DNA of 44,602 bases from Flavobacteriales bacterium (GCA_012966015.1 DTRI01000023.1:1-44602); one strand, 5' to 3'. Numbered from the stretch's first letter, positions 7,283 to 17,639 are shown. Program-made: numbers and translations. The notes: a model not told the origin generated them from the sequence alone.

Positions 7283-10200
7283 ATGACTTACGCCGGTAAA
7301 TTTATAAGCAATGTTATCATTGCTTTTTTCTTTGTATCACCGCTCTCCTCTTTGCGCGCCCAGCCCTATTTTCAAAAAACCTTTGGTGCCACCAATTGGG
7401 AATATGGATTTGCCGTTCATCAAACTGCAGATGGAGGTTATATCATGGCTGGAGAGACTAACAGCTCTGGTGCAGGAAGCACAGATGTTTATCTGCTTAG
7501 AACCAACAACAATGGTGACACTTTATGGGTTAAAACCTATGGTGGTAGTGGAGCTGAATTCGGTTACGAGGTCCAAGAAACCAACGATAACGGATTTATC
7601 ATAACGGGTCGAACAACAAGTTTTGGGGCGGGAGCTGCGGATGTCTTTCTGATTAAAACAAATTCTTCTGGAGACATTGTATGGTCTAAAACATATGGCG
7701 GAGTGTTGGATGATTTTGGCTATTCGGTACAGCAAACCACTGATAACGGATACATTGTCACCGGATGGACTCAGAATTTTGGCATTGGAGGCACAGATCT
7801 ATATCTGATAAAAACCGATTCCAACGGAGATACTTTGTGGACCAGAACATTCCGTGGAACATCCGGAGATTATGGTAGGTCAGTAAAGCAAACCAATGAT
7901 GGCGGATATATTGTTGCCGGATACACCAACAGCTTTGGCGCGGGAAGTAATGATATGTATCTACTGAAGACAAACAGCAATGGCGACTCATTATGGACAA
8001 GAGCATTTGGAGGAACCGGAGCTGAATACGCCTATTCAGTGGTGCAAACTGCAGACCTAGGCTACGCTGTGGTTGGATCGACCAATTCCTTCGGAAGATC
8101 GGGTACAAGTGACAACATTTATATGGTAAAAACAGATACTTCTGGGAGCATGGTCTTTGCGAAAGTGTATGGAGGAGGTGCGGGAGATGGTGGAAATGAT
8201 TATGGCTACGCCATTACCGAAAACAGTGGAGGAGACCTTGCTGTTTCAGGGAGCTCCGATGGCTTTGGGGGTTCCTTCCATATTTGTTGTTTGCTGCTTA
8301 CAAATAGCACTGGAGTCATGACAGGACTGCCAGGGAGCTATGGCAATTCAACGGGGCATGATTATTTTAGATCAGTACAGGCAACCTCAGACGGAGGGTA
8401 TATGATGGTAGGCTATACGGAGAGTTATGGAGCCGGAGGTGCTGATATATATGTTGTTAAAACTGATGGCGCTGGCCTGAACAGCAACACTTGCGGATCT
8501 GGCTCGTTGGGAATGTTTGAAGATGCAACAGCGACTGTTGAAAGCAACACCACTACTTTGGCGGGAAGTGGTGCTACAGTGGCCAATGCCGCATTTATTA
8601 CCAATGGTACAGCTACAATAGGGACTAAATTGCCTTTAGGCGTATTGCTCACAGTAACGGATATTTCTTGTTTCGGTGAGAATGATGGAGAAGTGACCGC
8701 TACTGTGGCAGCTGGCTCCCCCCCTTACTCCTACAGTTGGTCTGTTGGGCTGGATACAGGTGCTACCAATGATAGCTTGCCCGCTGGAACATTTGGCTTA
8801 ACTGTTATTGACAATTTTGGCTGCACACAAACAGATAGCTTTACAATTGTTGAACCGGGCTTATTGGAAATATCTTTTAGCATAGACACCCCTGCAAATT
8901 GCAATGGAGATTCTAATGGAGTGGCCTCAGCCCTGGTGAGTGGAGGTACAGGCCCTTTTGACTATGTATGGTCAACAGGATCAAATACTTTCAATTCGCC
9001 AGATACATTTAATACTGTATCGGGCTTATCACTGGGTACTTACTATGTTACGGTAACAGATGAGAATGGCTGTACAGATATAGATACACTCGCTATGGGC
9101 CTTGGACTGGCCACGGGAGCTATAGATGCAGCTTGTCTTACCAATAATGGCAAAGCCTGGGTTATCGTATCAGGTGGAATTTTACCGTACACATACCTCT
9201 GGGATGATGGAGGGGCACAAACCACAGATACAGCTTTTTCACTCGCAGCAGGTGTATATCAAGTGGTTGTATCTGATCAGAATGGTTGTCAGGACTCTGT
9301 GTCGGTAACTATAAGCAACGGACAGGGTCCCGTTATCACCTTGGATTCTATCGTGAACATAACCTGTTTTGGAGGCAGCGACGGAGGGGTTTATGTTACT
9401 GTTACAGCCGGTTGTTGTGCGATTCCGCCATTCACCTACACCTGGTCTAACAGTGAGACAACTGAAGACATTGTAAATGTTGCGGGAGGCTCTTATACTT
9501 TAACGGCAGAGGACAGTGTTGGATGTTCAACGAGTGAAACCTACACTGTTGTCGATCCGCCTCAATTAGTGGCCACCATAACAGACAGCGTTGACATAAC
9601 CTGTACGGGTGCCAATGATGGCTCAATTACCGTAGCTCCCGTAGGTGGAACAGCGCCATATACGTATTCATGGTCTCCTTCAGGAGGGTCAGGTACAACT
9701 GCGATTAATCTTGGCCCGAATACCTATACGGTTACCTTATTAGATGCGAATGGATGCGGTGCTGTGAGCAATCCTGTAACCATATCAGATCCGGCAGCAT
9801 TGGCCCTGAGCACGGATACCGCCAGTGAAACATGTGTAGGTAATGATGGCAAGGCCTGGGTAATTGTCAGTGGAGGGACGGGGCCTTTCACTTACCAGTG
9901 GGATGACATCGGCACACAGACCACAGATACGGCCTCTAGTCTAAGTGCCAATACCTACAACGTAACGGTTACTGATGGAAATGGCTGCACAAATACGTCT
10001 TCCGCCACTATTGTACAGACTGGAAACCCGCCGGTTATTGTTACAGACGCCGTTGTGAATGTGACTTGTAACGGAGGCAGTGATGGAAGTATATCAATTT
10101 CTATCACCGGAGGCACCTCTGCTTTTACCTATAGCTGGTCTCCTGGCGCGCAAATTACTGACGATATTTCTGGAGTGGCAGCGGGAAACCACACCGTTAC

Positions 10201-11908
10201 CGTAACAGATGCTGTTGGATGTGTATCCACCCTACTGTTCACGCTCACGGAACCGGCGCTGCTCAGTGGTTCTATTACAGCCAGCACGGGCCTGAGCTGT
10301 GCCGGAGCAAATGACGGCACGGCAACCTTCACCGCTACAGATGGCCAAACGCCATACACCTACTCATGGTCCGGAGGAGGAATTACCTCTTCTGTTAGCG
10401 GCTTATCACCTGGCTTGGCATCGGTGACCGTAACCGATGCATGTAACGATACAGTAACCGATGCTGTTACGATCACAGAACCCGGTGCCCACTCCTTTAC
10501 CTTTACTGGAGTGGTAAATGTTAGTTGTAACGGTTTGAGCGATGGAACAGCCACTGCATCACCGATAGGTGGATCCTCTCCATATACTTACATTTGGTAC
10601 ACTACTCCCGGACAAACTTCGGCTACAGCCACCGGATTGCCTCAGGGAACTTATACCGTTGATGTACTCGATGCTTGTGGAAATAGCGTTACGGATTCCG
10701 TTGCCATAACTGAGGCAACAGCTCTCAGTATCTTTTTTAACGCAACTAACGATGTGGATTGTAAAGGTGGGAGTGATGGGGATGCTTCTATTGTGGCAAC
10801 TGGTGGCACTACCCCATATACCTATTTATGGTCAAATGCCGGAACATCTACGGGTATTAACAACCTTACCGTAGGATTATATACAATCTTAGTCACTGAT
10901 GCGAATGGATGTACATTGCTCGATTCCATTTACATCACTGAACCTGACACAGCTCTAACACTGAATTCTTCAAGCAGCAATGCGAGTTGCGGCAACGCAG
11001 ATGGTACTGCTACAGTCAACCCGGTAGGCGGAACTCCAGGTTATATCTATTCATGGAACACCACTCCTTCTCAATCAGGGCAAACTGCCACGGGATTAAC
11101 TATGGGAACTTATACAGTAATAGTCACGGATGCCAATCTCTGTACTGAAACTGACTCAGTGATGATAAGCCAACCACCATCCCCCGTTCCATCAACTACA
11201 CTTAATTCCTTGCCCAGCTGTCCCGGTGACTGCGATGCGACGGCAACAGTCGCAGCTACCGGTGGGATTACACCTTACACTTATTTATGGGATGATCCCA
11301 TGTCTCAATCCACCACGCTGGCAACAGGTTTATGTGCAGGGGATTACGTTGTTACTGTCATCGGAAATGATGGATGCTCAGCTACGGATTCAATTAATAT
11401 TCCAGATCCTGCCGCCTTAGTTGCCAATGTGACCGGTAGCAATCCATCGCCTGGGGGATGTGACGGATCAGCAACAGCTAATATGACCGGTGGGACGCCT
11501 CCCTATACCTACCTCTGGGATGACACCAACATGCAAGTGGTACAAACAGCAATTGGACTCTGTTCTGGAGAATATTCAGTAGTTGTTACAGATAGCAAGG
11601 GATGTTTTACAACCGGAGAAATCTCACTTATTGAGACGAAAGAAATATTTCTACCCACTGCGTTTTCTCCCAACAAAAGTGGAGCGAATGATGTGTGGTA
11701 TCTGAGAGGGGATATTCAAGCAATGCATATAATTGTGTACAATCGATGGGGCGAAAAGGTATTCGAATCAAAAGATCAGGCCAAGGGTTGGGATGGTACG
11801 CACAGAGGAAAGCCTCTCAGCTCAGACACTTACTCCTATTATTTGAAGATCACAGAAATTGACGGTGCAAAACTAATTATGGAAGGCAATGTATTGCTGA
11901 TAAGATGA
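7283..11908 (+). CDS. Giant (1541 aa) cell-surface protein: signal peptide, about 7 SBBP-like beta-propeller blades, 13 SprB-type repeats, T9SS type-B (gliding-motility-associated) C-terminal domain
   Basis: The N-terminal repeats follow the pattern GGxxxDxGYSVxQTxDGGYIxxGxTxSFGAGxxDxYLxKTxxxGDxLWxKTxGG. There are 13 units of CxGxxDGxxxxxxxGGxxPYTYxW. The C-terminus IFLPTAFSPNKSGANDVWYLRG...GWDGTHRGKPLSSDTYSYYL is the CHU_C/type-B sorting domain pattern. Confidence 0.9.
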   Translation: MTYAGKFISNVIIAFFFVSPLSSLRAQPYFQKTFGATNWEYGFAVHQTADGGYIMAGETNSSGAGSTDVYLLRTNNNGDTLWVKTYGGSGAEFGYEVQETNDNGFIITGRTTSFGAGAADVFLIKTNSSGDIVWSKTYGGVLDDFGYSVQQTTDNGYIVTGWTQNFGIGGTDLYLIKTDSNGDTLWTRTFRGTSGDYGRSVKQTNDGGYIVAGYTNSFGAGSNDMYLLKTNSNGDSLWTRAFGGTGAEYAYSVVQTADLGYAVVGSTNSFGRSGTSDNIYMVKTDTSGSMVFAKVYGGGAGDGGNDYGYAITENSGGDLAVSGSSDGFGGSFHICCLLLTNSTGVMTGLPGSYGNSTGHDYFRSVQATSDGGYMMVGYTESYGAGGADIYVVKTDGAGLNSNTCGSGSLGMFEDATATVESNTTTLAGSGATVANAAFITNGTATIGTKLPLGVLLTVTDISCFGENDGEVTATVAAGSPPYSYSWSVGLDTGATNDSLPAGTFGLTVIDNFGCTQTDSFTIVEPGLLEISFSIDTPANCNGDSNGVASALVSGGTGPFDYVWSTGSNTFNSPDTFNTVSGLSLGTYYVTVTDENGCTDIDTLAMGLGLATGAIDAACLTNNGKAWVIVSGGILPYTYLWDDGGAQTTDTAFSLAAGVYQVVVSDQNGCQDSVSVTISNGQGPVITLDSIVNITCFGGSDGGVYVTVTAGCCAIPPFTYTWSNSETTEDIVNVAGGSYTLTAEDSVGCSTSETYTVVDPPQLVATITDSVDITCTGANDGSITVAPVGGTAPYTYSWSPSGGSGTTAINLGPNTYTVTLLDANGCGAVSNPVTISDPAALALSTDTASETCVGNDGKAWVIVSGGTGPFTYQWDDIGTQTTDTASSLSANTYNVTVTDGNGCTNTSSATIVQTGNPPVIVTDAVVNVTCNGGSDGSISISITGGTSAFTYSWSPGAQITDDISGVAAGNHTVTVTDAVGCVSTLLFTLTEPALLSGSITASTGLSCAGANDGTATFTATDGQTPYTYSWSGGGITSSVSGLSPGLASVTVTDACNDTVTDAVTITEPGAHSFTFTGVVNVSCNGLSDGTATASPIGGSSPYTYIWYTTPGQTSATATGLPQGTYTVDVLDACGNSVTDSVAITEATALSIFFNATNDVDCKGGSDGDASIVATGGTTPYTYLWSNAGTSTGINNLTVGLYTILVTDANGCTLLDSIYITEPDTALTLNSSSSNASCGNADGTATVNPVGGTPGYIYSWNTTPSQSGQTATGLTMGTYTVIVTDANLCTETDSVMISQPPSPVPSTTLNSLPSCPGDCDATATVAATGGITPYTYLWDDPMSQSTTLATGLCAGDYVVTVIGNDGCSATDSINIPDPAALVANVTGSNPSPGGCDGSATANMTGGTPPYTYLWDDTNMQVVQTAIGLCSGEYSVVVTDSKGCFTTGEISLIETKEIFLPTAFSPNKSGANDVWYLRGDIQAMHIIVYNRWGEKVFESKDQAKGWDGTHRGKPLSSDTYSYYLKITEIDGAKLIMEGNVLLIR
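8645..11640 (+). repeat. Array of 13 tandem SprB-type repeats (protein-level, about 75-80 aa each) inside the 7283..11908 CDS
   Basis: I counted units from the translation. Each starts with a Cys-x-G-x-x-DG motif and contains GG-x-x-P(Y/F)-x-Y-x-W. DNA-level identity between units is only moderate. Confidence 0.85.
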
Positions 11909-12894
11909 TGAGATTGAAGAAACACGTAATTGTTGTTTTTTCGGTAGTGCTCATTGCGAATGCACAGGGGCAGGATGTGCATTTTTCTCAGTATTATGCT
12001 TCTCCAATTTTTATGAATCCGGGTACTACGGGTTCATTTGAAGGTAAAATGAGGGCTGCGATCAATTATCGCAATCAGTGGTTAACCGTTGGTAAGCCCT
12101 ACTCCACTTACTCTGCATCTTACGAAATTGCATTGCTTAAGAAAAAGCAAAGCACTAACTACTTAGGTATTGGACTTAATTTTCTGCAAGACAAGGCCGG
12201 CCTGGCGGCATTTAAAAGAACGGAGATTAATCTCGCACTCGCCTATAATGTTCAATTGAATGAAGCCAATAACGTAGCCTTAGGAGTGCAGGGGGGATAT
12301 CATTTGCGCAGTGTTGATCAGAGTGAGTTGACGTGGGACAGTCAATATAACGGAAGCCAATACATAGAAGGATCGGAATCTTACGAAGACATAAAGCCCA
12401 CCTTTGGCAATGTTGATGTGGCAGCTGGGTTGCTCTGGCGCTATGTACTGGGAAAGCAAGGGGATATAAATGTTGGTTTTGGAGCTGCACATCTAACGCG
12501 GCCGAAACAGCAATTTGCGGGAACGAGTTTAGATAAATTGCCTATGAAATTCACCATTCATGGAGAGGGCCGGTTTACCAAAAGGATGAGCGATTTGGCC
12601 TACTATCCCAACTTCCTGGTAGCACTGCAGGGACCGAATCGTGAAATCAATGCTGGAATCATGTTTAGATATATGATGAAAGAGAGCTCCAAGTACACCT
12701 CTTTTGTAAGGGGTAATTCCGTTCACTTTGGCGCCAACTATCGACTGGGGGATGCCGTGATCATAATTTTAGCACTTGAACTCGCTGACTGGAAAATCGG
12801 ATTGAGCTACGATATAACTGTCTCTAAGTTCACTACCGCAACCAGCAGCGTTGGGGGTTTCGAGATTACCCTGGTTTACATGAAAGTCGACTAG
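11905..12894 (+). CDS. PorP/SprF-family type IX secretion system membrane protein
   Basis: A signal peptide is followed by the family-typical QDVHFSQYYASPIFMNPGTTG start and a beta-barrel-like alternating pattern. Its ATG overlaps the stop of the type-B-CTD gene (ATGA), the canonical cargo/SprF pairing. Confidence 0.85.
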   Translation: MMRLKKHVIVVFSVVLIANAQGQDVHFSQYYASPIFMNPGTTGSFEGKMRAAINYRNQWLTVGKPYSTYSASYEIALLKKKQSTNYLGIGLNFLQDKAGLAAFKRTEINLALAYNVQLNEANNVALGVQGGYHLRSVDQSELTWDSQYNGSQYIEGSESYEDIKPTFGNVDVAAGLLWRYVLGKQGDINVGFGAAHLTRPKQQFAGTSLDKLPMKFTIHGEGRFTKRMSDLAYYPNFLVALQGPNREINAGIMFRYMMKESSKYTSFVRGNSVHFGANYRLGDAVIIILALELADWKIGLSYDITVSKFTTATSSVGGFEITLVYMKVD

Positions 12895-12895
12895 C

Positions 12896-13687
12896 TTAGG
12901 TGAGATATTTCGAAATTGCCGCTAGAAAGTTTGCAAAAACATTTTTATTTCCCGCCACAATCTCACCTCCAAAAATAAAGTCCTCGCCCCCTTTAAAATC
13001 AGTAACCTCACCACCCGCTTCTTTTACAATTATTACTCCCGCCGCCACATCCCAGGCGCTTAGTCCATATTCGTAAAAGCCCTCGCCCCTACCACATGCC
13101 ACATACGCCAGGTCAACCGCAGCAGATCCAAACCTGCGAAGGCCATGTGTTTCTTCCATAAAGTATTTGAACAGAGCGAGGTACGCATCCAGACGGGAAT
13201 AGTCCCTGTTGGGAAAGCCCGTAATGATTAAAGAATCTTCCAGTTTACTTGCTTTTGACACCTGAATTTTCTCTCTATTCATGTGTGCTCCACCTCCTTT
13301 CCAGGCATAGAAACACTCATCCAAATTTATCTCATAGATCACTCCCAACACAACATCGTCTCCATCCATTAAAGCAATGCTAATGGAATAGCATGGAACG
13401 GAATGAATGAAGTTTGTCGTACCATCCAATGGATCGACTACCCATGTGTAGCGCTCCCCTTTTTTGGAAGAGGTATCTTCTTCCGTAATAAATCCAGCTT
13501 CAGGAAGCAATTTCCCCAATCCCTCAACCAGCAGCTGTTCTGCATTTTTATCGACGTAGGTAACGAAGTCGTGGAGCCCTTTGGACTCTACATCTTCAAC
13601 CTTAACTTTTCCTGCTTCCCCTCTTAAAAACTTACCAACCTCTCTGCTGAGATCGCATGTTTTTTCCGTTAATATCTCAAGATTCAT
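12896..13687 (-). CDS. suhB: Inositol monophosphatase family protein (SuhB-like)
   Basis: The IMPase motifs WVVDPLDGTTNF and WDVAAG are present, and the 263-aa length is typical. Confidence 0.85.
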   Translation of the reverse strand: MNLEILTEKTCDLSREVGKFLRGEAGKVKVEDVESKGLHDFVTYVDKNAEQLLVEGLGKLLPEAGFITEEDTSSKKGERYTWVVDPLDGTTNFIHSVPCYSISIALMDGDDVVLGVIYEINLDECFYAWKGGGAHMNREKIQVSKASKLEDSLIITGFPNRDYSRLDAYLALFKYFMEETHGLRRFGSAAVDLAYVACGRGEGFYEYGLSAWDVAAGVIIVKEAGGEVTDFKGGEDFIFGGEIVAGNKNVFANFLAAISKYLT

Positions 13688-13741
13688 GTTCGCTATTTTT
13701 GGCTAAATTTAAAGACTTTTTACTTGTATATATTTTATACC

Positions 13742-16700
13742 ATGGCGCTCGATCTATTTTCACAAGTTGAAGAAAAGGCCATTACAAAAGAGGAGTACGA
13801 CAGCTCCTTTCTGGAAGAGCTGGCCAAGCTCAACCCCGCTCAAAAGAAAGCCGTAGAGCATATTGAAGGGCCTGTGCTGGTTATTGCGGGACCGGGAACA
13901 GGAAAAACACATCTGCTAGCTGCAAGGATCGGAAACATTCTAAAAAATACGGATGCACTGCCTTATAACATCCTTTGCCTGACCTACACCGAAGCCGGGA
14001 CAATAGCCATGCGCAAGCAATTACAGAAATTCATCGGGCCCGCTGCTTATAGAGTTAGCATCTATACCTTTCATGCTTTTTGCAATGATATAATCCAGCG
14101 AAATCCGGCATATTTCGGCAATCGTGAGCTAGAGCCAATTTCAGAGCTGGAAACCGTTGATCTACTGATGAAATTACTGGATGGGCTCGATGCGTCCAAT
14201 CCGCTTAAAAGATTGTCGGGCCAGATTTATTATGACGTCCCATTGATGAAGGATCTCTTCAGAAAAATGAAGGAAGAGTCGTGGACACCAGAATATATTG
14301 GAAAGTGTATTGACAGCTACCTGGAAGATCTTCCGCTCCGCGATGCGTTTATTTACAAGAAAGCCAACTCGAAAAAAGACATCCAAGCTGGTGACGTTAA
14401 ACAGCACCTGATAGACAAGGAAGCTGATAAAATGACCAAGCTCAGGGAGGCATCGCAGCTGTTTTCGAAGTACAGAGAGCTGATGAAAAGGAACAATCGC
14501 TATGATTATAACGACATGATTTTGTGGGTGTTGGAAGCATTTAAAAAAGACGAAGACTTTTTGAGAATACAGCAGGAGAAATACCTCTACTTTCTGGTAG
14601 ATGAGTACCAGGATACGAACGGAGCCCAAAATGAATTGCTGAATTTTCTTATCAATTATTGGGATAAGCCCAATGTGTTTACCGTTGGTGATGACGATCA
14701 ATCCATATTTGAGTTTCAGGGGGCGCGGATGCGCAACATCATGGACTTTTATGAAGCCTATCGCGATGACATGAAGGTTATTTTGATGGAAGACAATTAT
14801 CGCTCTTCCCAACATATCTTGGATGCTTCGAGGATGCTGATCGAAAACAACAATGAGCGCCTGGTGAATCGAATAGAGGGTTTACAAAAAGTGCTCACCG
14901 CCAAAAATGATGAGGTTGCATCCTCAGACATACATCCAGAAATCATTAGCTACTACAACATAAAGCATCAGGAGGCGAGTATTGTCGACGAAATAGAAGA
15001 GCTACACAAAAATGGAGCAGTGCTCAATGAGATTGCCGTAATATTCTTCAGGCACAGACAAGCAGAGGAGATTATCAACACAATGGAGAAAAAGGGTATT
15101 CCTTATAACGTTACCCGAAAGATCAACATCCTTGAGCTACCGCTCATTCAAAATCTCATTAAAATTCTCGATTACATCAACCTCGAAACGCAGCGGCCGC
15201 ACAGCGCTGAGCACCACTTGTTTGAGATTATGCACTTCAATTTCTTAGGATTGTCATCCAGGGATGCAGCCAAGATCATGTATTATTCAGGAAGTGACTG
15301 GAAATTAAAGCTTAGAGAAGTGCTTACAGATAAAGATGCGCTGGAAGGGCTGAATCTTGAGAGTTTGAAGGCTGTATCAGAATTTGAACGTGAAATTAAC
15401 CACTGGATCCAGGAAAGTGCGAATACAACCCTACAGGCACTCTTCGAAAAGATTATCAACAGAGGTGGCGTACTGAAGGAAATAATGAATTCTCCTGATA
15501 AAACCTGGCTGATGCAAGTACTCATCAGCTTCTTTGATTTTATCAAGGAGGAGAGCATGAAAAATGCAAAACTATCGCTTAAAGTGTTCCTTCAGACACT
15601 GGAAAAAATGGAGCTGAATAAGATTCCCATCAATGTAAACCGAACTGTTTTTCAAGAAGACGGCGTGAATTTTGTGACAGCTCATAGCTCAAAAGGATTG
15701 GAGTTTCAGCGTGTTTTCCTGATAGGATGCAATGCTGATGTGTGGGATAAGAAAGGAAGAAGTTACGCCTATTCTTTGCCCGACACACTTACCCAGACAA
15801 ATCTCGAAAACATGGAGGAGTCGGCGAGAAGGGTATTTTTTGTGGCCATGACCAGGGCAAAGGAACACCTGCATATTTCGTACGCAGCCCGAAACAACAA
15901 AGGTAAAGATTTGGAGAAGTCGCTATATGTGGCAGAGCTGCTGGAAGGATCGGACCTCAAAATAGAAGAGAAACACCTTTCCACGGAAAGAATTACAGAA
16001 CTCTCCATGGAGGGTTTAACAGAGCTGATTTTACCCAAGGCAGACTTGCTGGATACAGACTTTATCTCGGCGAAGCTCGAGAATTACAGTCTCAGCGTTA
16101 CCCATTTAAATAAATATCTCGAATGTCCGGTAGCCTACTACTACAGTGTTATCCTGAGAGTGCCGGCTGCTAAAAATGATTCCATGGCTTTTGGATCTGC
16201 GGTGCATTGGGCGCTGAAAAGCTTATTCGATAAGATGCAGGAATCCGGAAAAGACAAATTTCCACCCAAGGAGGAGCTGGTATCCGATTTCATGTTTGAT
16301 ATGCGAAGAAATGAAGCGTCATTTAATGAGCAGCAGTTTAAGAGGAGAAAAGAATTGGGCCAGGAAATATTGCCGGCCTACTATGACAAGTATGTAAATA
16401 CCTGGAACAGGGTGGTGGTTTCAGAGTACAACATTACCAACGTTGAAATGGATGGAATTCCGCTCAATGGAAAGCTCGATAAGATGGAGTTCAACAATAG
16501 AGAAGTGAATGTGGTAGACTATAAAACAGGAAAGGTAGAAAATGGGTTAAAGAAGCTAAGGCCACCAAGTGATAAGGACCCATTGGGCGGCGATTATTGG
16601 AGACAGGTTGTTTTTTACAAAATATTAATGGATGAGCTGCGGCCTAAAAAGTGGACCATGGTAAGTGGCGAGATAGATTTTATTGAAAGGGCAACTTCCA

Positions 16701-16921
16701 AGGAAAAGGATTTTGTGAAGAGGGAAATTGTTGTTGAGAGAGGTGATATTATAATCGTAAAGGAGCAGATCAGGCAGACCTGGGACAACATTATTGGCCA
16801 AAAATTTGAGGTGGGCTGTAACAAGGAAGAATGCGCCTGGTGTAACTTTGTTAAGAATCAATACGTTTCAAAGGAGAGTTTGGCAGTTGAAACAGAGGAA
16901 GAGGATATAATAACAACTTAA
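13742..16921 (+). CDS. UvrD/Rep-type SF1 helicase fused to a C-terminal PD-(D/E)XK (AddB/Cas4-like) nuclease with a Cys cluster
   Basis: Helicase motifs: Walker A AGPGTGKTH, DEYQDT, and VMTRAKEHL-type late motifs (FVAMTRAKEHLHIS). The C-terminal part has VVDYKTGK (a D-x-K nuclease motif) and Cys at ECPVAYY plus GCNKEECAWCNF. I prefer the ATG at 13742 (MALDLF) over the TTG at 13724 in the ORF track. Confidence 0.85.
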   Translation: MALDLFSQVEEKAITKEEYDSSFLEELAKLNPAQKKAVEHIEGPVLVIAGPGTGKTHLLAARIGNILKNTDALPYNILCLTYTEAGTIAMRKQLQKFIGPAAYRVSIYTFHAFCNDIIQRNPAYFGNRELEPISELETVDLLMKLLDGLDASNPLKRLSGQIYYDVPLMKDLFRKMKEESWTPEYIGKCIDSYLEDLPLRDAFIYKKANSKKDIQAGDVKQHLIDKEADKMTKLREASQLFSKYRELMKRNNRYDYNDMILWVLEAFKKDEDFLRIQQEKYLYFLVDEYQDTNGAQNELLNFLINYWDKPNVFTVGDDDQSIFEFQGARMRNIMDFYEAYRDDMKVILMEDNYRSSQHILDASRMLIENNNERLVNRIEGLQKVLTAKNDEVASSDIHPEIISYYNIKHQEASIVDEIEELHKNGAVLNEIAVIFFRHRQAEEIINTMEKKGIPYNVTRKINILELPLIQNLIKILDYINLETQRPHSAEHHLFEIMHFNFLGLSSRDAAKIMYYSGSDWKLKLREVLTDKDALEGLNLESLKAVSEFEREINHWIQESANTTLQALFEKIINRGGVLKEIMNSPDKTWLMQVLISFFDFIKEESMKNAKLSLKVFLQTLEKMELNKIPINVNRTVFQEDGVNFVTAHSSKGLEFQRVFLIGCNADVWDKKGRSYAYSLPDTLTQTNLENMEESARRVFFVAMTRAKEHLHISYAARNNKGKDLEKSLYVAELLEGSDLKIEEKHLSTERITELSMEGLTELILPKADLLDTDFISAKLENYSLSVTHLNKYLECPVAYYYSVILRVPAAKNDSMAFGSAVHWALKSLFDKMQESGKDKFPPKEELVSDFMFDMRRNEASFNEQQFKRRKELGQEILPAYYDKYVNTWNRVVVSEYNITNVEMDGIPLNGKLDKMEFNNREVNVVDYKTGKVENGLKKLRPPSDKDPLGGDYWRQVVFYKILMDELRPKKWTMVSGEIDFIERATSKEKDFVKREIVVERGDIIIVKEQIRQTWDNIIGQKFEVGCNKEECAWCNFVKNQYVSKESLAVETEEEDIITT

Positions 16922-16925
16922 AAAA

Positions 16926-17639
16926 ATGAGTTCAATGACCAGGAATATCTCAGATATAAAGCTACCTATAGTACTCCTTGCCGCAATGCTAGTCTTTCAT
17001 ACAGGGTACACCCAGGAGCTGACACCAACCTATACAGAAGCAGTACTCAACGTAACAGTCGTAAGTGAGGCAGGTAGCCCACCTGTAGGGGATACAATAA
17101 GGTTCGTTCCCGAAGGTGCTGAGGATGGCTATTATGGAGTTACAGATGAGTCAGGGAAATTCTCACTTCTCATACCCAACAACAAAACCTACGAGGCTCG
17201 ATTCAAGAACAGCCAGAACCAAATTCAAAAAGCCTCAATTCCGTTACCCGGAAATGAAAAAATTGTATTTGACTTCAAGCTCAACTATGAATTGCCCAGG
17301 GTTTATACGCTGGATCAGGTGTTTTTTGCTACAGGTAAGGCAATTCTAACTGCGGTATCATTTAAAGAATTGAACGAATTGGTTGAAGTGATGAAGTTCA
17401 AGACAGAAATGAAAATTGAAATTGGGGGCCACACAGACGATGTAGGTGAAGACTCGGCTAACCAGCGATTATCGGAAAGCCGGGCTAATGCGGTGCGAAA
17501 CTACCTGATCAAAAACGGAATTGAAGGCGATAGGGTATCGGCAAGGGGGTATGGCGAAACAAAGCCCGTTGCTTATAACACAACACCAGAAGGACGTCAG
17601 AAAAACCGAAGAACGGAAGTGAGGATTCTCAGTCAGTAA
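16926..17639 (+). CDS. OmpA-family protein (N-terminal carboxypeptidase-regulatory-like beta-sandwich plus C-terminal OmpA peptidoglycan-binding domain)
   Basis: A signal peptide is present. The OmpA_C motifs are FFATGKAIL, GHTDDVGEDSANQRLSESRANAVRNYL and NRRTEVRI. Confidence 0.85.
   Translation: MSSMTRNISDIKLPIVLLAAMLVFHTGYTQELTPTYTEAVLNVTVVSEAGSPPVGDTIRFVPEGAEDGYYGVTDESGKFSLLIPNNKTYEARFKNSQNQIQKASIPLPGNEKIVFDFKLNYELPRVYTLDQVFFATGKAILTAVSFKELNELVEVMKFKTEMKIEIGGHTDDVGEDSANQRLSESRANAVRNYLIKNGIEGDRVSARGYGETKPVAYNTTPEGRQKNRRTEVRILSQ

Noticed and set aside
7311-11420. Numerous 60-116-aa ORFs in other frames or antisense within the giant repeat genes (for example 7758..8108, 10129..10554; similarly 36212..37288 and 40829..43796 in the later giants)
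   Set aside because: They are by-products of long G/T/S/A-rich repeat coding sequence. None has a start context, signal or motif, and all are embedded in strongly supported CDSs.
14174-14815. 213-aa ORF antisense to the UvrD-nuclease gene
   Set aside because: It lies entirely inside a well-supported helicase CDS on the opposite strand. Its translation is low-complexity and I/L/F/K-rich with no motif, which is typical of a shadow ORF in AT-moderate DNA.
13742-16921. Reading the UvrD-nuclease fusion as an anti-phage defence gene (Gabija/AbiE-like or similar)
   Set aside because: It is a single gene flanked by conserved housekeeping genes (IMPase, OmpA-family, arfB-priA). There is no partner ATPase, nuclease or methylase, and the architecture fits an AddAB/AdnAB-like repair enzyme.
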